Assembly (NCBI RefSeq): GCF_009914755.1
Contig: NC_060946.1
Strand: one strand, 5' to 3'
Origin: the human T2T-CHM13v2.0 reference genome, Homo sapiens
Length of the DNA: 64,000 nt
The notes under the pieces are model-generated. The model did no database searches, was not told the origin of the DNA, and saw nothing but the letters and a program-made list of their open reading frames with translations. Position numbers and translations under genes: made by a program. This document shows positions 1-18,253 of the stretch, piece by piece (position 1 is the first letter of the stretch; each line of letters opens with the position of its first letter).

Positions 1-1
1 T

Positions 2-3704
<3,703 letters not shown>

Positions 3705-4101
3705 TTAAAAATCATATAAATGTACCTTCCTCTCAATTATGCTGTGAACCTAAAACTGTTTCCTCAAAATAGTGTCTTTAAAAAAATCAAGAATACTATA
3801 GGCATGTTCTAGAAGAAAAATGTACAGGTTGCGGGCAGGAGACACCAAGCAAATCATTTCATATCTGGAGGCCTTCATTTATTGCTCCACAAGGTTAAGA
3901 GTTCAACTCACACCGGGGTCTATGAGCTAACCTCTCACCAGGGCATTCTGTTCAAACCTTGGGCCTCACTTTGTAAAAGTCCAGGAAATTACTCTCCCTT
4001 TCTGTTTGCACTCAGCCTCATGCCACGGGCCTCCTGGGCAGGTGCACTGCTGCTCCACCGGCACTCAACACATTTTTGCTAAAGGAATGGAAACACATAC
4101 A

Positions 4102-4280
4102 AGCTGGGCACAGTGGCATGTGTCTGTAATCCCAGCTACTTGGGAGGCTGGGGTTGGGGGATCGCTCAACGCCAGGAGTCCAAGGCTGCAGTGGGCTGGG
4201 ATCACACCTATGAATAGCCCCTGCCCTCCAACCTGGGCAATGCAGCAAGACCCTGTCTCTAAAAATTAAAAAAAAAGAAA
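4102..4280 (+). mobile_element. Fossil Alu monomer (FAM/7SL-derived); paralogous copy at about 51458-51630
   Basis: Retains 7SL-type CCTATGAATAGCC segment that is absent from dimeric Alus. Confidence 0.7.
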
Positions 4281-4325
4281 AAAATAATAAACATATGAAT
4301 AACTATGGCCGGGCACGGTGGCTCA

Positions 4326-4719
<394 letters not shown>

Positions 4720-4768
4720 TCATCCTGAATAGGTATCTACCTGTTCTTTCTTTCTTTTTTAGAGATAG

Positions 4769-5471
<703 letters not shown>

Positions 5472-5868
5472 TAAGGGAGGCACATGAGGAGCCGTCCTTA
5501 ATAGGAAAAGGAGATATGCCAACCACTGAGCAAGTCTTAAATAAAAGTTCACTCCCCATTGTTTCTGGTCTGTGTCTGAGTTTGTAGGTGTCTTTTAGGA
5601 GAAGAACATACTAGCAGCCCCCACTGTGCCCTTTCAAAAGCTGTAAAGCGGGAAAGGAATTAATTATGTTGAAAGCAGAGTCACAAACCCTCCACGGGGA
5701 CAGCAGTAGGGGAGCAGGATGATCTATTTAGGTTCAAATAGATGTCTTCAGCCTTCCTTCTAAAACTTTATATGGGCCAGGGGTGGTAGCTCACGCCTGT
5801 AATCCCAGCACTTTGGGAGGCCAAGGCGGGCAGATCACGAGGTCAGGAGATCAAGACCATCCTGGCTA

Positions 5869-6091
<223 letters not shown>

Positions 6092-6287
6092 TTAAAAAAA
6101 TAGCAATAACAGGCTGGGCGTGGTGGTTCATGCCTGTAATCCCACCACTTTGGGAGGCCAAGGCGGGAGGATCACCCACGGTCAGGAGTTTGAGACCAGC
6201 CTGGCCAACATGGCAAAACCCTGTCTCTACTAAAAATACAAAAATTAGTTGGGTGTGGTGGCGCATGCCTGTGATCCCAGTTATTCA

Positions 6288-6458
<171 letters not shown>

Positions 6459-6501
6459 TCAGTAATCCTGGCACTTTGGGAGGCCAAGGTGGGAGGATTT
6501 C

Positions 6502-6798
6502 TTTTTTTTTTTTTTTTTTTTTTTTTTGAGACGGAGTCTCGCTCTGTCACCTAGGCTGGAGTGCAGTGGCTCAACCTCGGCTCACTGCAAGCTCCGCCTC
6601 CCGGGTTCACGCCATTCTCCTGCCTCAGCCTCTCCGAGTAGCTGGGACTACAGGCGCCCGCCACCACGCCCGGCTAATTTTTTGTATTTTTTAGTAGAGA
6701 CGGGGTTTCACTGTGGTCTCGAACTCCTGACCTCGTGATCCGCCCGCCTCGGCCTCCCAAAGTGCTGGGATTACAAGCGTGAGCCACCGCGCCCGGCC
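6502..6798 (-). mobile_element. Young AluY (Yd-lineage-like) inserted antisense into an older Alu monomer
   Basis: 16-bp TSD GGTGGGAGGATTTCTT (6488-6503, 6799-6814); CpGs retained; 12-bp left-arm deletion. Confidence 0.85.
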
Positions 6799-7834
6799 GG
6801 TGGGAGGATTTCTTGAGGCCAGGAGTTCAAGACCAGCCTGGGCAACATAGCAAGACCCCATCTCTACAAAAATAAATAAATAAGTAAAAATAACCAACAG
6901 CAAGGTTGGTCCAGGCATTCTAGAAGGGGCACTTAGGTAGGATGCTACCGCCTTGCCATTGATTGCTGACACAAAGACTCACATCTCAGCAGTGCCCATT
7001 CCCTGGCTGGTAGCCACTGTCCCAAATGGGCGCCAGTCCTGGTGTCAGCAGGTCTCTTTCTCCCACACAGCTGAAGGCCCCAACCCGTCCTGCCTCTTGT
7101 CCTCCTGAAGCTCTGGCCTCTTGTCCTCCTGAAGCTCTGGCCATGGCAGGCCTGGTGCTCACCCATGCCGCCATCTCAGTGGACAGAGCTCCTCTGTTGC
7201 TTTTGCAATCCTTTCCAGAAGCCTCCCCATGAAGTCCGAAAACGCTCTTCAGCCGGAAGCAGCTGAAGGAAATCAGAGATGGGGGTGACAGCGCCACACA
7301 CTCGAGCTAATGGGCAGTCGCGGTCACAGTGGCATTGGCCACAGTAGGAGTCCCAATGTGTGGGACGCTGGGCGAAGGCCTGGGGACGCGATGGGACTCA
7401 TGCCCGCCCCCAACCCACCTCCCCTGAGCATCTCGCATCACCATTTGTCCAAGGACGCAGCGGCCCTAAACATTGGTGTATCTGTGCTCAGTACCGAGGG
7501 CACCACAACTCTCCCGGGCTCGCAGAACAGTGGACGCCACAGGCCGTGAGCCACCTACCAAGAGGTGCTGGCGTGCACATCTGCACAGGCCTGGTCCTTC
7601 CAAGTAGCCCCAGGAGGCTTTGCGGTGATGACAGCGGCAATGCCAGTGACCAAACTTTTGGGAACTGTTTTTGGAGCATAGGGTGCATATTCTGGGGAGT
7701 TCTTTGCCTTGTCTTTAAACTTTATTTGAGTATCATTTAGGTGGCCGGGCTGATAGCTCATGCCTGTAATCCCAGGAGGCCAAGGCAGGAGGATGGCTTG
7801 AGCCCAGGAGTTTAGACCAGCCTGGGTAACATAG

Positions 7835-8154
<320 letters not shown>

Positions 8155-8168
8155 ACAAATAATTTTTA

Positions 8169-8426
<258 letters not shown>

Positions 8427-8514
8427 TCAGAACCAAAATTAAGGCATGTAGTCTGAAAAATGCAAGTATACTTTCCAGAACAAACCAAAACAATGGCCAT
8501 CCACCCATGCGTCT

Positions 8515-9555
<1,041 letters not shown>

Positions 9556-10884
9556 AGAATGTTATAAATTGGGACTCTCTAGAAAGAATTTGCAGCTGTA
9601 AGTTTGGGGATGGCATTTGCCAGGACAGGTGGTATTAATAGGAGTATGTTAAAAGATTGGTGGGGCCAGGAGCCAGACTTTGGAGGACTGAGGACTCTGG
9701 TGACCTGCCTAGTGTGTAGGCAAGGTCACCTGCAGAGTAGTGTGTGTGTGTGTGTGTGTGTGTGCGTGCGCACACACATGCATAGGAATGCATGTGTGAT
9801 AAAACGGGGTATGGGCCAGACATGGTGGCTCATGCCTGTAATCCCAGCACTTTGGGAGACCAAGGCGGGCAGATCACTTGAGGCCAGGAGTTTGAGACCA
9901 GCCTAGCCAACATGGCGAAAACCCATCTCTACTAAAAATACAAAAACATTTAGCCAGGCATGGTGGCACATGCCTGTAATCCCAGCTACTTGGGAGGATG
10001 AGGCATGAGACTCACTTGAACCTGGGAACTATCATACCAAGGGCCCATGGGCTTTGCTGATCTGAGAGTAGGAGGCAGAGGTTGCAGTCAGCTAAGATTG
10101 CGCCACTGCACTCCAGCCTGGGTAACAGAGCAAGACTCTGTCTCAAAAAAAAGAGGGGTATGAAGAGAGAGGTAAAGAATTGTACCAGCTGAGTGCAGAG
10201 GCTCACACCTGTAATCCTAGCACTTTGGGAGGCTGTAGCGGGTGGATCGCGAGGTCAGGAGTTCGAGACCAGACTGGCCAACATGGTGAAACCCCATCTC
10301 TACTAAAAATACAAAAATTAGCCGGGCGTGGTGGCAGGTGCCTGTAATCCCAGCTACTCGGAGGCTGAGGTGAGACTTGCTCGAACCCTGGAGGCAGAGG
10401 TTGCAGTGAGCCAAGATCACACGCCATTGCACTCTAGCCTGGGCAACAGAGCAAGACTCCGTCTCAAAAAAAAAAAAAAAAAAAAAAGAATTGTACCAGC
10501 CCCTAAGAATCACCAAAGGTAGCAGAGGAGGGCCAAGTCAAAGCCACAGAGTGTAGAAGCCTCAAGATGAAGTTCAAAGCCATACAGTCTTAAGGAATGC
10601 TAGGAGTCGGTAACACAGCAAGTTAATATCTTTGGGTAGACACGTGCAGCTACCGTTGTGGAATAAATTTCCTCCTGAGAGTGAAACTCTACAGTGCATG
10701 CCACCTACAGTGCATTGAAGCAGACATTATGCAAACACTTCAAGAGAAAGGACACTTGGTCTCGGACCAGCGAAGCCCGTGGGCCCTCGGTGTGATAGTC
10801 TCAATGTATCTGTAGAAGAGTAGGTCAGTGGGTGGTCAGCATCAGATAAAACAGTCAACAAAGCCAGCTCTGGCTGTGCCCATA

Positions 10885-11005
10885 GCTCACGGCAACTCAC
10901 TTCCTCCAGCTGCTCAGGCCAACACCCGTGGGTCATCCCTGACTCCTCCCACTCTCACAACACCCAGCAGCAAATCCTGCTGGCTCCACTTCAAAATGGA
11001 TTCTG
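10885..11005 (+). mobile_element. L2 3' fragment (also at about 52540-52655 and 54548-54665)
   Basis: GGCAACTC...CCAGCTGCTCAGGCCAA...GTCATCCCTGACTCCTC...CAGCAAATCCTG...CTTCAAAAT resembles the L2 3' consensus. Confidence 0.65.
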
Positions 11006-11086
11006 GGCCAGGTGCTGTGGTTCACCCCTGTAATCCCAGTACTTTGAGGGGCCAAGGAGGGTGGATCACTTGAGGTCAGGAGTTTA

Positions 11087-11375
<289 letters not shown>

Positions 11376-11732
11376 CTAAGGACACCTGTCATATTGGAAT
11401 ATGGCCCAGCCTGATGTCTTAATTTTAACTTGTTCACCTCTGAGAAGAACCTATCCCCAGATAAGATGACATTCTGAGGTAGTAGGAGTTGGAACTTCAA
11501 CATGTGAATTTAGTGGGGAGAACAAGTCACAATTCAATCCATTACAGTCCTACCCAATTGTGAGCTAACAATGTGTGTTATTTGAAGCTACTGAATTTGG
11601 TGTAATGGTGTGTGCCTGTAGTCCCAGCTACTCAGGAGGCTGAGGCAAGAGGATGGCTTGAGCCCAGGAGTTCAAGGCTGCAGTGAGCCATGACTGCTCC
11701 ACGGCACCCTAGCCTGGGTGATCTTGTCTCTT

Positions 11733-11816
11733 AAGAAAGAAAGAAAGAAAGAAGGAAAGAAGGAAAGAAGGAAGGAAGGAAGGAAGGAAAGAAAGAAAGA
11801 AAGAGAAAAAAAAAAC
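11733..11816 (+). repeat. (GAAA/GGAA)n purine microsatellite
   Basis: Direct reading; the paralogous position (about 53367-53411) instead carries (CAAAA)/(CCA) repeats. Confidence 0.92.
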
Positions 11817-13063
11817 AGCTGGGCACAGTGGCTCATGCCTGTAATCCCAGCACTTTGGAGGCCGAGGCAGGCGGCTCACGAGGTCAGGAGTTCAAGACCA
11901 GCCTGGCCAACATGATGAAGCCCCGTCTCTACTAAAAAATACAAAAAAATTAGCCGGGCGTGGTGGTGGGCACCTGTAATCCCAGCTACCCGGGAGGCTG
12001 AGGCAGAAGAATCGCGTGAAAACCAGAAGGCGGAGGTTGCAGTGGGCCGAGATCCTGCCACTGCACTCTAGCCTGGGCAACAAGAGTGAAACTCTGTCTT
12101 AAAAAAAAAAAAAAAAAAAAAAAGGGCCGGGCGCAGTGGCTTGCGCCTGCAATCCCAGCACTTTAGGAGACCAAGGCGGGCTGATCACCTAAGGTCGGGA
12201 GTTCGAGATCAGCCTGGCTAACATGGTGAAACCTCGTCTCTACTAAATATACAAAATTAGCTGGACGTGGTGGCGCATGCCTGTCATTCCAAGCTACTCG
12301 GGAGGCTGAGGCAGGAGAATCGCTTGAACCCAGGAGGCAGAGTTTGCAGTGAGCCAGGATTGCACCACTGCCTGGCAACAGTATGAGGCTCCATCTCAAA
12401 AAAAAAGAAAAAAATCTGCTAAATTTGTAGTAACTTGTTGCACAGCATAGAAAATTAATATAGTCTCCCTAAATATTATAGTTAGTACTGCCTGCTTTTA
12501 AGAGTCTCTTTCAATCTATAGATTCCCCCTGCATCTCTTTATTCTCTCTCAATTTTTTATTGAAAAATTTGGGATGGTTAATTTGTATCGCTTCCCATAG
12601 TCTGGATTTTGCTGGTTACATTCCTGTGGTATAGGTTAACAGGTTTCTTTTTTCCTCCTGTAAATTGATCATTGCATCTAGAGTGTTAATCAGATTAAGC
12701 TTTTTATGTTTTTGTTAAGACTCTTTCTAAGTACACAGCTACAAGGTGTTTGTGTGTGTGTGTATATGTATATGTGAATTTGTGTATTTTTTTTAAGATA
12801 AGATGCCTCATGAAACATACTGATACTTCTGATTCAAATTCAGGAGACAAGATGTTACTCATTCTCTTCTATTTCACATCTGTAACTCCTTTTCCCTACA
12901 CCAAGAATTCAGTTCTCTGGCCACTGGGGATGATAGAATTTGAATATCACATAATTACTAATTGCTTTGTCCCATGTTCGAAAACATTCTTAGAATAAAA
13001 ATATAACATTACCAGTCCATATGATCACTAAAAACAGTTCCAAAACATTTTATTTTACTTTAG

Positions 13064-13249
<186 letters not shown>

Positions 13250-13263
13250 TAGTAGAGATGAAG

Positions 13264-14155
13264 TATTGCAGGATCTGGCCAGCAGCCTGCAATGCAACGG
13301 GGCTCTCTCTTTGTTCCCAAGCGGATTGGCAGGTTGAGAAATAATAGACACACACAAGATAGTGAAAGCTGGGTCCAGGGGGGTCACTGCCTTCTGGTCC
13401 CTCAGTGCCAACAATGCACGGGATATACCAGCATTTATTATTAAGTTTAGTGAGGTCGGGGGTAGGTTAGTGAGGGATTTAGGGTCATTTGATTATGAGG
13501 TGAGATGGTCACATGGGGATGAAGCAATTCTTTAACATAACATTTGTATGTAGAAGTACAGTACATTTGTATGTAGAAGTATAGTATACAGAGATAAGAA
13601 TTTACAACATAGTGTGTGCGTCAGTAATTTCTAACAGAGCCTTAAAACAGAAACACAGTCTTTCCATAACCTATGATTAGCAAGATTTTAATCAGTAGTA
13701 AAAACTGCAACAAAAGCTGGTTACAAACAATCCATGGAAACAGGAAGCTAGACAACCGGTTAGACCAGAAATTCTCAGAAGGGAGTATGCCTTAACCCTA
13801 AAGAGGCCTAGAAGAGCCACGGCAAGATGAGGGCGTTTATAGCCCTATCTTATCCATATGGACAGGCACCCCCTATGCGTCCATTTATAGGCTCTCCACA
13901 AGGGTCGCATTCCATTCCCAGAGCTATGAACATCTGCTTTGCTGGGATACGAATCTTGGTGATGTGAAACTTCCCTGACTGCAAGTCCATTCATAGGCTC
14001 TCTGCAGGGGGAAGCACATCACGTGCTATTGGCTCATTCTGGCAGTCCAACCTGGCATTGTCTTTACACAATCCTGCATGCAATTTTGTATTTACAATAA
14101 TCAGGAGCATTTCATCTTTTATTCCATAGCAATAGTTTCAGGGGGTCTCCCTACA
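13264..14155 (-). mobile_element. Solo ERVK-class LTR, MER11D-like (HML-7), inserted in an Alu
   Basis: 892 bp; minus strand begins TGTAGGGAGACCCCCTGAAAC; 6-bp TSD ATGAAG at 13258-13263 and 14156-14161; subfamily name from recall. Confidence 0.8.
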
Positions 14156-14282
14156 ATGAAGTTGCGCCACATCGGCCAGGCTGGTCTCGAACTCCTGACC
14201 TCAAGCCACCCACCTGCCTTGGCCTCCCAAAGTGCTGAGACTACAAGCCTGAGCCACCGTCCCTGGCCAAAAAACAAAAAAC

Positions 14283-14325
<43 letters not shown>

Positions 14326-15094
14326 TAAAGATATGCCCACACCATTTTCTCCCCCTATTTATAGCTGTACTTTGTCTATGTTGTTGGCGAATGTAACCAT
14401 TACACTCCATCCTCTCCTTTTTACTCCTCATCTTCTCTTGGTTCTCCATGTAAATATATCTTTAATGTTCACACCAGGCTAATGTCAATGTCTTTTTAGT
14501 CTCGTTGGTTGTCTGAAGCTTATTTTCTAGTAATTCCTCAGGAAAGGCTTTGGGAACAATATTCTCTGGGTTCCTGCACATTGGTGAGAATCTGCTATTT
14601 TTTTTTTCTTTTTAACTCACTCTGTCACCCAGGCTGGAGTGCACTGCCGCGATCTGGGCCCACTGCAACCTCCATCCCCCAAGTTCGAGCGATTCTCCTG
14701 CCTCAGCCTCCTGAGTAGCTGAAATTGCAAGCGTGCACCACCACGCCCAGCTGTTTTTCTATTTTCAGTAGAGACGCAGTTTAGCCATTTTGACCAGGCT
14801 GGTCTTGAACTCCTGACCTCAAGTGATCTGCCTGCTTTGGCCTTCCAAAGTGTTGGAATTACAGGCGTGAGCCACTGCGTCCGGCCTGACAATCTGCTAT
14901 TTTTATACTTAAAAGTTAGTTTGACCAGGCCGGGTTGGGTGGCTCACACCTGTAATCCCAGCATTTTGGGAGGCCGAGGCGGGCTCACCACCGGATGTTG
15001 AGAGTTCGAGACCAGCCTGACCAACATGGAGAAACCCTGTCTCTACTAAAAATACAAAATTAGTCGGGCGTGGTCGCGCGTGACTATAATTACA

Positions 15095-16030
15095 GGACTG
15101 CCCAGTGGTCGGGACCCTGCTAGGTTCCAGCCAGTGGGAGCGGATGGGGTAGTGGGAAGGCGGGGCCTGGCGGGTGAGGGCGGGGCCTGGCAGGTGGGGC
15201 GGAGGCCTTCCGGGGGTGGAGCCGGGGCCTTCCTGGGGTGGAGCCAGCGGCCCTGGGCACAGGGCCCGCCGGGGCTCTGGCAGGGCGGTGGGAAGGCGGG
15301 GCCTTCTGAATGGGGGCGGGGACGGCTGGAGTTGCGGGGACTGCTGGAGTTGCGGGGCTTGCCTGGGGTGGGGCGGGGCGGCCTAGGGGTGGGGCGGGGC
15401 GGCCTAGGGGTGGGGCCGCCTAGGGGTGGGGCCGGCGGCCCTCGGGATGGGTCCTGCCAGGGCGCAGAGATGGCGGTGGAAAGGCGGGGCGAAGGCGGGG
15501 CGTGAGGCGTGGAGGTGTGGCCTGACTGGGGCGGGGCGGGGCGGGGCGGAACAGCCTAGAAGCAGGGCCTGGAACTGCAGGATACACTCCCCTCCTGCTA
15601 CCTAGGCAGGCGTGAGGGTGTGACGGCCGCGCATTCGCCAGACGAGAGCGATGGCTGAGAACGCCGCACCAGGTCGCCTTAGACTCACCAGGTCGCCTTA
15701 GACTTAGATGGGACGGGGAGGCCTCGCGCGAGCGCCCCATTGCCCACCCACCTGGTTGGGACTGTGGAGGAGGGCGGATGGAGTGGAGGGTTCACCGACC
15801 GCGTCGCCCTTCTGGGTGTCGCAGCTCCTTCCTCGGCAGTCCCGGGGCGTGAGAGCGCGACCGGCCGGGAGTTGGGGGACCCGGGACACGGCCGCACGTG
15901 GCCTCCCAGGGTTCTAGGAGACCCTGAGTTAGCCGGGCGTGCGCGTGGGTGTCGGGGGCGCGCAGGTCTCCAGCCTTGCAGAGACGGAGGAGGCTGCCAG
16001 CTGTGGGGGGCGGCGGTGGGTCCTGGAGTC
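15095..16030 (+). promoter_or_regulatory. CpG-island promoter of SERHL with many GC boxes and G-run tandem repeats
   Basis: CpG-rich; repeated GGGGCGGGGC (e.g. 15527-15549) immediately upstream of exon 1. Confidence 0.85.
15651..15672 (+). CDS. SERHL: SERHL exon 1 coding part (MAENAAP-G)
   Basis: ATGGCTGAGAACGCCGCACCAG followed by donor gtcgcc, inside a CpG island. Confidence 0.85.
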
Positions 16031-16604
16031 CCACCGCCTGCCCTAAATTTCCACTCCGCCCCTGTCGCCCAGTGTGACCTTGGGCATGTACTGCAGCTCC
16101 CAGTGCCTCAGTTTCCTGCTCTGTGGAGGGAGAGTGACAGTGCTCCCACCTGCTGCGTGTGTGAGGGTTTGGCACCCCTCTGGCCTTTGTGAAAGGCTTA
16201 GGAAACGGGCTGTTTCTTTACTCCGGTTTTACAGGAAAGGAAACTGAGGCTCAAGACGTTTTAGTAACTTCTCCAAGGTTACCCAGCCAGCAAGTGATGG
16301 GGTCCAGGCCTGACCAGCGCCCCCGCCCCAGCACATTCTAGAAGGTTCTGCCCCAGTTTAAATGGGGTGCATGCTCTGAGGCCTGTCACAGCTTTTTCCG
16401 GCTTAGCTTCTCTGTCCCTCCTCTGGGAGTCTCCACTCCCATGTCTGACTCTCTCCCCATAACCTTCTGGGGCAGCTAAGGGTCTGAGTCCCTCTGGACA
16501 TGAGCCCCTGGCTCAAGCACATCAGGGAGAGATAAGGGGCTCAGGGAGCACCAGCTTCATGGGTGAATGAATGAAGGAATGAAAGACCCGGCTGTGTCTT
16601 TCAG

Positions 16605-16754
16605 GTCTGATCTCAGAGCTGAAGCTGGCTGTGCCCTGGGGCCACATCGCAGCCAAAGCCTGGGGCTCCCTGCAGGGCCCTCCAGTTCTCTGCCTGCACG
16701 GCTGGCTGGACAATGCCAGCTCCTTCGACAGACTCATCCCTCTTCTCCCGCAAG
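16605..16754 (+). CDS. SERHL: SERHL exon 2 ([11 protein letters not shown]...[20 protein letters not shown])
   Basis: tttcag acceptor, gtgtga donor, 150 nt; HG oxyanion motif. Confidence 0.93.
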
Positions 16755-16898
16755 GTGTGAGGCTGGGGCTGAAGGGAAGGCCAGGGGGAAAGTGGGCAGG
16801 AAGGTGAGGGGGGAGGTCTGCAGGGGAATGAGGAGGGCGGGGAGACAGCTGGCATAGACACCTCTTCCTACCCTCCAACCCGCTTCTCTCTGTTTCAG

Positions 16899-17012
16899 AC
16901 TTTTATTACGTTGCCATGGATTTCGGAGGTCATGGGCTCTCGTCCCATTACAGCCCAGGTGTCCCATATTACCTCCAGACTTTTGTGAGTGAGATCCGAA
17001 GAGTTGTGGCAG
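16899..17012 (+). CDS. SERHL: SERHL exon 3 (DFYYVAMDFGGHGLSSH...RRVVA)
   Basis: tttcag / gtaaga boundaries, 114 nt; DxxGHGxS motif of alpha/beta hydrolases. Confidence 0.93.
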
Positions 17013-17330
17013 GTAAGAAACAGAGTGTGTATTTTCGGCGGTGTGGGGGGTGCTCTAGGGCACCCCCTCTTATCACTGGAGGCGGGGTAGGATCCAGGAA
17101 GCAGCGCTGGCCTGAGAGTGGGGCCTGGGCTCTGGCCCCAGGTCTGCCAGCAATTCACGGGAGATCTTGGGAAAGTTGAAGAGTTCGCTTCCTCCAGTGG
17201 GTCCCCCAAGCTAGTCTCCTGGGTGGACACCCCAGATGCTGGGAAGGGATTTCCTGAGCCTGGGGACTAGAAGCAAGATCGTGGGCTGAGCCTGTGCCCA
17301 GCCGGACCTTCTGGCTCCTTGCATTTCCAG

Positions 17331-17372
17331 CCTTGAAATGGAATCGATTCTCCATTCTGGGCCACAGCTTCG
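17331..17372 (+). CDS. SERHL: SERHL exon 4 (ALKWNRFSILGHSF), contains the nucleophile Ser
   Basis: ttccag / gtgagt boundaries, 42 nt; G-H-S-F-G elbow. Confidence 0.92.
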
Positions 17373-17728
17373 GTGAGTACAGTGGCCAGGAGCTGACCGG
17401 GCCCGGAGTAGGGCTGGGAGGGAAGGATAGGAGCTGCTGCCCCACCCCTTTCCCCTGCACTTATGAGATCTGCAAAGAGAGATGAGAGGGTCAGTCAGAG
17501 GTTGACCACTGTACCCTCTGACCTCAGGCAACTGCCGCAAGGGACACAGGGATGAGGGAAATGTGGTCTTTTGAGTGGTCAGGTCTGATGAAGGGGACAT
17601 CATGGCCCAGATGCTGAGCCCCCAGCCACCCATATGGTGCCCCCCCCCCAACTGGTGGGAAGAAGCTTTAGGGTATGCAGCTGGGGAGGGAGTGAGGGAA
17701 TGTCACCCACAGCTCTTTTGTCCCCCAG

Positions 17729-17748
17729 GTGGCGTCGTGGGCGGAATG
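17729..17748 (+). CDS. SERHL: SERHL exon 5, 20-nt microexon (G-GVVGGM)
   Basis: cccccag / gtgagt boundaries; restores phase between exons 4 and 6. Confidence 0.88.
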
Positions 17749-18178
17749 GTGAGTAGATGGCTTTGTCTGGCCAACTGGGGCTCCCTTGGGTGGAGTGGGG
17801 AGGGGAGCACAAAGGAGGAAGGAGAAGGTACCTGGGACAGAAAGTGCCTCCTCCTGTCACAGTGATAGTCCTTATACCAGGAAGTTGGTGTAAACGGTGG
17901 AGACTCCTGGTAGAGTTCATGTTTCCACGCCCCCATACCCGGTCCCACCGCACCCTGGAGTCCAGCCATCACCAAGGTCTGGAGCTCAGTGCTGGGTGCA
18001 GACTTAGGGGTGGTGGGGGAAGGCACACCATAGATAGAAGATTCTCCTCTGGCCTCTTGGTCAGCACCCTCCCCCCAGCCTAAAAGATGTTTCGGGGAAC
18101 TCCAGGGTCCCCAGGGAAAGGCGGGAGTGTCCTTTCCTTCTTCATCCTATTCATTCTCCCCTTTTGGCATCCTCACAG

Positions 18179-18253
18179 TTTTTCTGTACCTTCCCCGAGA
18201 TGGTGGATAAACTTATCTTGCTGGACACGCCGCTCTTTCTCCTGGAATCAGAT
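18179..18253 (+). CDS. SERHL: SERHL exon 6 (FFCTFPEMVDKLILLDTPLFLLESD)
   Basis: tcacag / gtgaga boundaries, 75 nt, ends in phase 0. Confidence 0.92.

Noticed and set aside
4102-4280. Possible 7SL RNA gene
   Set aside because: Lacks most of the S domain, is diverged and A-tailed; a fossil Alu monomer.
10727-11073. ORFs recurring three times (MTHGCWPEQL..., ...QHQIKQSTKP...) and a minus-strand acceptor-like TCTACAG at about 10810
   Set aside because: The recurrence reflects DNA duplication. A 1-nt indel changes the frame between copies and part of the unit is L2. A non-coding exon cannot be excluded but is unsupported.
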